Shown: in pieces, positions 1-6,597 of the stretch
Position numbering within the stretch: the first letter of the stretch is position 1
How the letters are laid out: every line of letters starts with the position of its first letter
NCBI GenBank assembly: GCA_041576165.1
Contig: JBFGLM010000076.1
Location: 1 to 17,568, forward strand
Direction: 5' to 3'
Source: Acidimicrobiia bacterium
Lineage (GTDB): Bacteria; Actinomycetota; Acidimicrobiia; Spongiisociales; Spongiisociaceae
DNA length: 17,568 nucleotides
The notes under the pieces: model-generated
The model's input: the letters and a program-made list of their open reading frames with translations, nothing else
Told to the model about the DNA's origin: nothing
The model's database searches: none
Made by a program: the position numbers and the translations under genes

Positions 1-2
1 CC

Positions 3-566
3 CGGGTATGGGTGGTCGATCCCCTCGATGGCACTCGCGAATTCGTGATGGGCATCCCAGAGTGGTGTGTATCCATTGCCCTGGTGGTTGACGGCGCCCC
101 TGCGGCCGGAGGGATCCTGAGCGTCGCTACGGGCCGACGCATCGTGGGGTCTGTCGACTCCGGAGTCATCCTCAACGGCGAACCGGTGCAGTGCACGACA
201 CGCACCGACGTGCGCGGCGCGCTGGTTCTGGCCAGCCGATCAGAAGTGAAACGAGGCGAGTGGGAGCCGTTCTTCGCCTCCGAGATCGCGATCCGCAACA
301 TGGGCTCGGTCGCGTACAAGCTGGGCCTGGTCGCGGCCGGGTTTGCCGATGCCACCTGGACCTTGGTGCCCAAGAACGAATGGGATGTTGCCGGCGGTGC
401 CGCGCTGGTGACTGCCGCTGGGGGCGTTGTCATGGGAGTCGACTACCAGCCTGTGGTGTTCAATCAGCCCAAGACCCTGCTCGACGGCTTCATCGCCACC
501 GCCCCCGGCTTGACGACGGCGGTGCGTGAGCTCATCGAGCGTATCCAGCCGGCCACCTCAGGCTGA
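3..566 (+). CDS. Inositol monophosphatase family protein, CysQ-like 3'(2'),5'-bisphosphate nucleotidase (5'-truncated by the window edge)
   Basis: The frame is open from the window edge: RVWVVDPLDGTREF (IMPase motif DPxDGT), GSVAYKLGLVAAGFAD and EWDVAGG (WDxAxG motif). ASRSE resembles the CysQ SRSH segment. The exact paralogue cannot be determined. Confidence 0.85.
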   Translation, partial: RVWVVDPLDGTREFVMGIPEWCVSIALVVDGAPAAGGILSVATGRRIVGSVDSGVILNGEPVQCTTRTDVRGALVLASRSEVKRGEWEPFFASEIAIRNMGSVAYKLGLVAAGFADATWTLVPKNEWDVAGGAALVTAAGGVVMGVDYQPVVFNQPKTLLDGFIATAPGLTTAVRELIERIQPATSG

Positions 567-695
567 CCCGGCGGCGTTTCTCTAGCGGTGCGGTCACTCC
601 AGCTCCGAGAGCGCCTGGCGACATCACTGTGATCATGCGAATTGGGGCGGGCCGACCACGATGCCCGAGTCGGGGGTATCGCCGGCGCTGGATGC

Positions 696-1379
696 TCAGG
701 CGCGGGAGCGCATCTGGCCGAGTGGCGGGGTGGAGATGTCCTCGAGTGACTCATCGGGAGTGTCAACCGGGAGTTGGCGTATCTGCTGCAGGCCCCTCGC
801 GTTCTTTTCGGCGGAGGGTTCGAGATCGCCCCAGGTTTCGATTTCGCCGAGAGCCCGTTCTGCCCAGTCGTTCACGGTGTTGAGCAGGCTGATGAAGAAG
901 TCGACGGCGAGGGCCCTTATGTAGACCTGGTCTTGGGTGACGTTGATCCCGTCGATGAACTCCTGTTTGACTTCACCACCGAAACGGAGCATCTCTTGGG
1001 CGTCGGCCTGCACCTGTTTGAGGGTGCCGATGATGTCGTCCTTGGTGCCGAGAGGGAGTACGAAAATTCGCAGCATCGCTTCGAAGTCCATCGAGAACGG
1101 GGAAACGGGGGTTCCGAGCCACGCCTTGAGGGCCTGTTTACCGTCTTCCGTGATCGAATATACGGTCCGGGACCTCTTTCCCGTGTACGCCTTCTCTCCT
1201 TCTATCAGCCCCATCGCAGCGAGACGTTTCGCCTCCCGGTAGATGGCGCTCTCGGCCCGCGGCCATACGTACCGGAAGTAACGGACCCGTTGTTGGGCCA
1301 GCTCGTAGGTGGACCACGGTCGTACTGCGACCTGGGCAAGGACTGCATACGAGGTTGTTGTCAGAGCTTCGCTCATCAT
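696..1379 (-). CDS. PadR-family transcriptional regulator (long C-terminal helical subtype)
   Basis: N-terminal winged HTH pattern YAVL...STYEL...W....SAIYREAKRL...GLI...RTVYSITEDGKQALKAWL, followed by a long helical C-terminus. ATG at 1379 or 1376 with AAGAGG just upstream. Confidence 0.9.
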   Translation of the reverse strand: MMSEALTTTSYAVLAQVAVRPWSTYELAQQRVRYFRYVWPRAESAIYREAKRLAAMGLIEGEKAYTGKRSRTVYSITEDGKQALKAWLGTPVSPFSMDFEAMLRIFVLPLGTKDDIIGTLKQVQADAQEMLRFGGEVKQEFIDGINVTQDQVYIRALAVDFFISLLNTVNDWAERALGEIETWGDLEPSAEKNARGLQQIRQLPVDTPDESLEDISTPPLGQMRSRA

Positions 1380-1384
1380 GCCTC

Positions 1385-1413
1385 TTGACTTACTCCAAAT
1401 TGGAGTATAAGTT
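1385..1413 (+). promoter_or_regulatory. Sigma-70-type promoter for the FAD oxidoreductase
   Basis: TTGACT (1385-1390), 17 bp spacer, TAAGTT (1408-1413, TAnnnT), in a locally AT-rich stretch. Confidence 0.7.
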
Positions 1414-1430
1414 TACTCCTGATTGGAGTA
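1391..1430. promoter_or_regulatory. Two tandem palindromic operators, probably for the adjacent PadR
   Basis: TACTCCAA-A-TTGGAGTA (1391-1407, perfect 8-bp inverted repeat) and TACTCCTG-A-TTGGAGTA (1414-1430, two mismatches), 23 bp apart, between divergent genes. Confidence 0.8.
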
Positions 1431-1473
1431 TAGACCTTGCCCGGCAGGAGTGGCATCAGGAGGGAGCCAAGTC

Positions 1474-2901
1474 GTGACCGTGTCGACCATCGAGATGACC
1501 CGAATAGATGGCAGTCAGGGAACGTTCCGAGACGACGAGCTCAGCCGACTTCGAGAGGCGCTGGCGGGTGAGACCCTGTTTCCCGGCGACGATGGCTTTG
1601 CTGAAGCGACTCTCACCTGGAATGGGATGGTTGCCAGCACTCCCGCCATGGTTGCTCAGCCGAGTTCGGCAGAGGATGTGGCGGCGATCATCGATTACGC
1701 CCGCCAGCGCAACTTGCTGGTCGGCATCAGGGGTGGGGGACACAACATCGCCGGCACCTCGATCGCTCCGGGTGGACTGACGATCGACATGTCATTGATG
1801 CGGGCGGTTGCCGTCGATCCTCAGCGTCGGTTGGTGCATGCGCAGCCGGGGTGTGTCCTGGGTGACGTCGACAAGGCGACCCAAGGGCACGGCCTGGCCA
1901 CCGTGCTCGGGTTTGTCTCCGAGACGGGGCTCGCCGGGCTCACACTCGGCGGTGGCTGGGGTTATCTGACGAGGCAGTTCGGTTGGACGGTCGACAACCT
2001 CGAAGAGGTCGAGATCGTCACCGCCGACGGAAAGGTCCGGACAGCCAACGCCGACTCGAACTCGGACCTCTACTGGGCGATTCGTGGTGGAGGTGGCAAC
2101 TTCGGTGTGGTCACGCGGTTCACCTACCGCCTCCACGAGGTCGGCCCGATGGTCACCGCCGGTCTGGCCGCCTGGAGCGCGGACAGAGCCGGCGAGATCT
2201 TGCGTGCCTACAAGGAGATCACCGAAGCCGCGCCCCCCGAGCTCACCTTGGCCAGCCTGCTGAGAATGGCTCCGCCTGCGCCTTTCGTTCCTCAGGAATG
2301 GCACGGCAAGCCGATCGTTGCCATGGTGGCCTGCTACACCGGCGACCAGACCGACGATGCCCTGGCGCCGATACGGGCGTTACCCGACCCGGTCGTCAAC
2401 ACCATCGGCGAGATGCCCTATGTCGGCCTCCAGTCGATGCTCAACGCCAACGAGCCGAAAGGGCCCCACCGCTACTGGAAGACGGAGTTCCTCCCCGAGC
2501 TCGCCAACGGATTCATCGAAGCTTTTCGCACGGGCGCCGTTCGGCTCACCTCTCCTATGAGCCAATCCGTCATATTCCACCTCGGCGGCGCCCTCAACGA
2601 GAAAGCCCAGGATGATGGCGCAGTTGGCAACAGGGACGCCCACTACATCTCTGGATTCTCAGGCACGTGGGCACCCGGCGCTCCAGCCGAACCCCACATC
2701 GAATGGGTGAGGAGTTCCTGGGACGCGATACGCCCCTATTCCACCGGCGGGAACTACGTCAACTTCCAGCTGGTCGACGACGACCACCAGCGTCTCCAGG
2801 CGGCCTACGGCGATAACTACAACCGCCTTCGGGAAGTCAAAGCCCAATACGACCCCCACAACTTCTTCAGAGTCAACCGCAACATCCCACCGGCCGTCTG
2901 A
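1474..2901 (+). CDS. FAD-binding oxidoreductase, vanillyl-alcohol-oxidase/berberine-bridge-enzyme (BBE) family
   Basis: IRGGGHN (His site for covalent FAD), GLTLGGGWG, DLYWAIRGGGGNFGVVT and a C-terminal BBE domain YVNF...AYGDNYNRLREVKAQYDPHNFF. Start moved to GTG 1474 because AGGAGGGA (1458-1465) precedes it and the TTG at 1423 lies inside the operator. Confidence 0.9.
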   Translation: MTVSTIEMTRIDGSQGTFRDDELSRLREALAGETLFPGDDGFAEATLTWNGMVASTPAMVAQPSSAEDVAAIIDYARQRNLLVGIRGGGHNIAGTSIAPGGLTIDMSLMRAVAVDPQRRLVHAQPGCVLGDVDKATQGHGLATVLGFVSETGLAGLTLGGGWGYLTRQFGWTVDNLEEVEIVTADGKVRTANADSNSDLYWAIRGGGGNFGVVTRFTYRLHEVGPMVTAGLAAWSADRAGEILRAYKEITEAAPPELTLASLLRMAPPAPFVPQEWHGKPIVAMVACYTGDQTDDALAPIRALPDPVVNTIGEMPYVGLQSMLNANEPKGPHRYWKTEFLPELANGFIEAFRTGAVRLTSPMSQSVIFHLGGALNEKAQDDGAVGNRDAHYISGFSGTWAPGAPAEPHIEWVRSSWDAIRPYSTGGNYVNFQLVDDDHQRLQAAYGDNYNRLREVKAQYDPHNFFRVNRNIPPAV

Positions 2902-2954
2902 TCCCCACCGGCCGTCTGATCCCCACCGGCCGTCTGATCCCACCGCCGCGTCTG
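2884..2954 (+). repeat. Tandem repeat of 17-18 bp x4 overlapping the oxidoreductase stop codon
   Basis: ATCCCACCGGCCGTCTG (2884-2900), ATCCCCACCGGCCGTCTG twice (2901-2918, 2919-2936) and the degenerate ATCCCACCGCCGCGTCTG (2937-2954), followed by a partial ATACGTCTG. Confidence 0.95.
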
Positions 2955-3037
2955 ATACGTCTGCACCGAACCAAACCGCATGCTGCACCAGCCGATGCCC
3001 ACGATTCCTCGTGGGCATCGGGTCTAGGCGGGCGGGG

Positions 3038-3496
3038 TCACTTGGGTATGCCAACCGTGGCGATCTCCTTGAGGTTGGCGAGGCTGCGGGCCAGGTCCTT
3101 GTGGTAGATGCGCGGCACCTGGGTCTTTTCAATGACCTTTCCAAAGAAGCTGGTTGGCTCATCGGTTTCGAGCTCGACAGTCAACTCGCAACGGTCTTCA
3201 CCGAGCGCCTTCCAGAACCAACGGAAATGTGCGGCGGGCAGGACCGGTGGCTCGGCAACGAAGTCCAGCAAGTCGTACTCTCTGTAGTCCGACACCGTGC
3301 AGGTGTATTCGATGCGACGGCCGAGCAGTTTGTAGGCAACCCGTACCGAGTCGCCCGGCTTGGCCCAGGCTCCCTTCTCTGGTTCGACGATCTCGAGCAT
3401 TCCTGAGTACCACAGTGGCCACTCGTGGAAATCCATGCTGAAGTCCCACATCTCCTTGAGCGAGATCGGGAACTCGATCCTCTCCTCGAACTTCAC
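3038..3496 (-). CDS. SRPBCC (START/Bet v1/polyketide cyclase-dehydrase) family protein
   Basis: 152 aa with the typical layout: N-terminal strand, W-x-F-x-x-D...WPLW, alternating beta strands and a C-terminal helix DLARSLANLKEIA. Purine-rich upstream sequence GGGAAGGGGG. Confidence 0.8.
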   Translation of the reverse strand: MKFEERIEFPISLKEMWDFSMDFHEWPLWYSGMLEIVEPEKGAWAKPGDSVRVAYKLLGRRIEYTCTVSDYREYDLLDFVAEPPVLPAAHFRWFWKALGEDRCELTVELETDEPTSFFGKVIEKTQVPRIYHKDLARSLANLKEIATVGIPK

Positions 3497-3876
3497 TTCA
3501 CGATCACCCCCTTCCCGGAGCGGACTCGCCGGCTGAGGCCGGATGCTCCCGCCGCCATCGTTCCACGCAGCCGCGGACCTCGACTAGAGGCGTTGGGCCG
3601 TGCGTTGGCAATCGCCTCTTCGAGGCGCGACCGCCCGAGACCACCCCTCCTGCAACACAGGACAACTCCAATCATGCGCGAAATCGGTACGCGAGCAGGT
3701 ATCTCCTGCGCTACGTCCTGTCGCACGCTGCCCTCCGTGCCAGTTCGGTGGAGCGGTGATATACCCGTTTGAGAACGAGGGCACGATTGTGCGGTGCTGG
3801 CCCGGGGAGCGGCCGCCGGTCGTCGACTCGATGGGTTGTCCAGATGAGACGACCCGAGACCAGCAGGCGATGTGCT

Positions 3877-3910
3877 GCGCGGGGTCGCAGACGGCTGCGC
3901 CGACCCGCGC
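3877..3910 (-). terminator. GC-rich hairpin just downstream of the USP gene, possible terminator
   Basis: GCGCGGGGTCG...CGACCCGCGC outer stem with an inner GCAG/CTGC pairing, about 25 nt past the USP stop. There is no U-tract. Confidence 0.35.
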
Positions 3911-3934
3911 CGGTCCGGCCAACCGAGCTCTCAG

Positions 3935-4369
3935 TCAGTCGTCCGGCCAGTGGATGATGGTCACGGGACGGTGCGCCTCGTGGAGGACGCGGTGGGACGT
4001 GCTGCCGAGCGTCAGTTCACGCAGCCAGCCCATGCGGCGGGCTCCGACGACGATGAGATCGGCGTCGATCTCCTTCGCCACGGCGAGGATGACGTCCGCC
4101 GGCCGGCCCTCCTTCGTGACGGTCTCGAAGTTGACGTGAGCCTCGGACAACGGTCGGCACCACTCGGTGCGGAGCCGATGCTCGATGAGGTCGCGGACCG
4201 CGGCGAAGTCGGTGCCCGGCCCGATCTCGTCGAGGTGACCAAGCGGCTCGAAGGCGTGGACCGCAAACACGGTGGCGCCCAGCGCGGCCGCTAGGTCGAC
4301 GACCCATTGGACGGCGGCGCAGGATCCGGGTGAGTCGTCGATGCCGACGACGATACGTTCGACGGTCAT
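3935..4369 (-). CDS. Universal stress protein (UspA domain), 144 aa
   Basis: MTVERIVVGIDDS...VHA...EGRPADVILAVAKEIDADLIVVGARRMG...LGSTSHRVLHEAHRPVTII. The true start is ATG 4369, overlapping the terC stop (ATGA) with GGAGGT upstream. The listed 414-aa ORF is a shadow extension. Confidence 0.9.
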   Translation of the reverse strand: MTVERIVVGIDDSPGSCAAVQWVVDLAAALGATVFAVHAFEPLGHLDEIGPGTDFAAVRDLIEHRLRTEWCRPLSEAHVNFETVTKEGRPADVILAVAKEIDADLIVVGARRMGWLRELTLGSTSHRVLHEAHRPVTIIHWPDD

Positions 4370-5370
4370 TGCCCACCTCCCGGCGTCGTCCCGGCTTCGA
4401 TCCGGCGGCTCGCCCGCAGCGACACCCACACCGTGATGGCCAGCACGATCGCGATCACCGCCAGCGATATCAACGTCGGGATGTGGTACCACTCGGACAC
4501 GATCATCTTGACGCCCACATAGAACAGGATCACACCCAATCCCCGGTTCAGGTAGATCAGCTGGCTCCTCGCCCCCTCGAGGAGGAAGTACAGCGCTCGG
4601 AGACCGAGGATGGCGAAGGCGTTGGAGCTGAATACGACAAACGGGTCGCGGCTCACAGCGAGGATGGCCGGCACCGAGTCCACTGCGAAGACGACGTCGG
4701 TCGCCTCGATGAGCGTCAGCACCACGAACAGGGGAGTGGCCAGGCGGCGGCCATTCTCTCGGGTGAACAACTTCTGGCCATGGAAGTCGGCCGTGACGGG
4801 AATGAACCGGCGCACCAGCTTGAGTACCGGGTTGCGCTCGGGATGGATCTCTTCGGCGCTGTGAGTCGCCACCCGAAACGCCGTGAACACCAGCAGTCCG
4901 CCGAAGACGAAGAGCAGCCAGCTCAACCGCTCCAGCAACGCCACGCCGGCGAAGATGAAGATCGCTCGTAGTACGAGCGCCCCGAATATCCCCCAGAACA
5001 GCACGCGGTGTTGATACATCCCGGGCACCGAGAAGTACGAGAAGATCACCGCCCACACGAACACGTTGTCCACCGACAGCGACTTCTCGATGATGTAACC
5101 GGTGATGTACTGCGTGCCGGCATCCCCTCCCAGCGCCCACCACACGACCAGAGTGAAGGCGACGCCGAGCACGATCCACCCCGTCGATGTGATCGCCGCC
5201 TCACGCATCGAGATGGCGTGCGCCTGCCGGTGGAACACGAGAAGGTCGAGCAACAGCAGGACGACGATCGCGACGAGAAACGCGATCCACAACCACCCGG
5301 GCACGTCAAAGCGAGACAGAGCTGCGGCGTCGGGTGCCTCGATAGCGAGTATGGGAACGAGAGAGTTCAC
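4366..5370 (-). CDS. terC: TerC/Alx-family metal-homeostasis membrane protein
   Basis: Multiple hydrophobic helices and the TerC motifs EKSLSVDN, QHRVLFWGIFGALVLR, DVVFAVDSVPA and SNAFAILGLRALYF. The start is uncertain. GTG 5370 is preferred because the upstream Arg-rich stretch looks non-coding. Confidence 0.88.
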   Translation of the reverse strand: MNSLVPILAIEAPDAAALSRFDVPGWLWIAFLVAIVVLLLLDLLVFHRQAHAISMREAAITSTGWIVLGVAFTLVVWWALGGDAGTQYITGYIIEKSLSVDNVFVWAVIFSYFSVPGMYQHRVLFWGIFGALVLRAIFIFAGVALLERLSWLLFVFGGLLVFTAFRVATHSAEEIHPERNPVLKLVRRFIPVTADFHGQKLFTRENGRRLATPLFVVLTLIEATDVVFAVDSVPAILAVSRDPFVVFSSNAFAILGLRALYFLLEGARSQLIYLNRGLGVILFYVGVKMIVSEWYHIPTLISLAVIAIVLAITVWVSLRASRRIEAGTTPGGGQ

Positions 5371-5565
5371 GTGGACGTACAGCCTACGACGCCATCGGGT
5401 CGCAATTGCGCGTTGCGACCGCCGGCGCTGCTGAGCCGCGGCAAGCTGCCGTCGCACCGTTGCGGTGTCAACCGAGCAGCGCCGTTCGACACAGCGGGAT
5501 CGACCACGGACACGCTCCGGGACCGCCTCGCAAACCGCCAGGCGCACCGTCGCTGAACGCCCCGC

Positions 5566-6279
5566 CTAGTCGTCGGAGAGCAGATGGTGGAGGAACGTCT
5601 CGGGTGCGTTCACAAACGCTTTGGTGTCGCGAAATGGTGGGGAGTCGTCCAACGACACTGGGCAGATGCCGTCGTCGTCCAGGAGCAGTATGGTCGCTTC
5701 GGGGAGGGCCACCAGCACCGGGGAGTGGGTGGCAACGATGAACTGGCTGCCCTCTGCGGAGTACTCGTGCATCATCCGCATCAGGGCCAGTTGGCTGATA
5801 AACGAGAGCGCCGACTCCGGCTCGTCCATCAAGAAGAGGCCACCCGGCCCAAACCGGCTCCTAGCGACGTCGAGGAACTGCTGGCCGTGCGATCGGGCGT
5901 GCAGACGACCAACCGGATCGCCCGGATCGAGCCCGATGTCTTCGTAAGCGGAGGCCATGTTGAAGAACGTCTCCGCTCTCAGGAAGAAAGTTCGTCGGCT
6001 GCGGGCGTACCAGGCCAATCGCAGCTGCTCGTGGAGGGCCGACTCGGTCTGCCGAGTGGAGAACCGGAGATTGCGGCTCCCACCCTCCGGGTTGAAACCG
6101 GCGGCCACCGCGATGGCTTCGAGCAGAGTGGATTTGCCAGTGCCGTTCTCCCCAACCAAGAACGTGACCGGTGCAGAGAACTCGAGCCGATCTAGTGCCC
6201 GCACCGCCGCCAGATCCCACGGAAACCCCTCAGTAGGAGTGTCGTCTTCGAGCTCGATCCATCCGAGAGGAAGGGCCAC
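5566..6279 (-). CDS. Stand-alone ABC-superfamily/AAA ATPase (COG3910-like predicted ATPase)
   Basis: Walker A GENGTGKST, GFNPEGGS, FFLRAE, degenerate signature SHGQ, Walker B LFLMDEPESALS and H-loop VATHSP. No transmembrane segments. Confidence 0.85.
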   Translation of the reverse strand: MALPLGWIELEDDTPTEGFPWDLAAVRALDRLEFSAPVTFLVGENGTGKSTLLEAIAVAAGFNPEGGSRNLRFSTRQTESALHEQLRLAWYARSRRTFFLRAETFFNMASAYEDIGLDPGDPVGRLHARSHGQQFLDVARSRFGPGGLFLMDEPESALSFISQLALMRMMHEYSAEGSQFIVATHSPVLVALPEATILLLDDDGICPVSLDDSPPFRDTKAFVNAPETFLHHLLSDD

Positions 6280-6291
6280 AAGCTCAGGCTA
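6280..6291 (-). promoter_or_regulatory. -10 element of a probable leaderless transcript for the ATPase gene
   Basis: The minus strand reads TAGCCT-GAGCTT-GTG: a TAnnnT hexamer 6 nt before the start codon, with no Shine-Dalgarno. Confidence 0.6.
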
Positions 6292-6597
6292 ACCACCCCA
6301 CTGCGCTGACCAGTCACGGGCCCGCTGCCCCCAAGCAATCCCGCCTCACCGAATCGGGCGCCCGAATACACGTCCGTCGGCTTGCCGCGGTCGGGACATC
6401 AGCGGGCGGACTACGCGGGTCGTGAACGAGAAGCGGTTGTCGACGCCTGTGCGTCTCATGCAGCCGGGAAGTATTGCTTATGCTGGCCGGATGAGGCTTT
6501 TCACAGCAGCAGTGGCCGGCTCAGCTGAGTCGTCCCGCCCGCGGGATTTGCTAATTGGTTCGGGCCGGTGGTTCGGCACGTTGGCGGCCGGCCCACC

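Noticed and set aside
3-566. IMPase-family gene as part of the inositol catabolic cluster
   Set aside because: It is about 10 kb away, separated by unrelated genes, and its motifs look CysQ-like.
2884-2954. Repeat as a mini-CRISPR, or GCCGTCTGA as a Neisseria DNA uptake sequence
   Set aside because: The units are head-to-tail with no spacers and no cas genes. The uptake-sequence match is incomplete (GCCGTCTGAT versus GCCGTCTGAA), derives from Ala-Val-stop codons and does not fit the apparent lineage.
2899-2955. In-frame TGA series as selenocysteine read-through
   Set aside because: The first TGA follows a complete BBE C-terminus, read-through would add only SPPAV units, and no SECIS-like hairpin or Cys-homologous position is evident.
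4370-5179. 414-aa ORF suggesting an extended USP or a TerC-USP frameshift fusion
   Set aside because: It is an off-frame shadow of terC. The USP has its own ATG and RBS, and I see no slippery site.
5566-6279. ATPase as part of a phage-defence system (PARIS/AbiE/Septu-like)
   Set aside because: There is no adjacent nuclease, TOPRIM or DUF4435-type partner and no island or mobility context.
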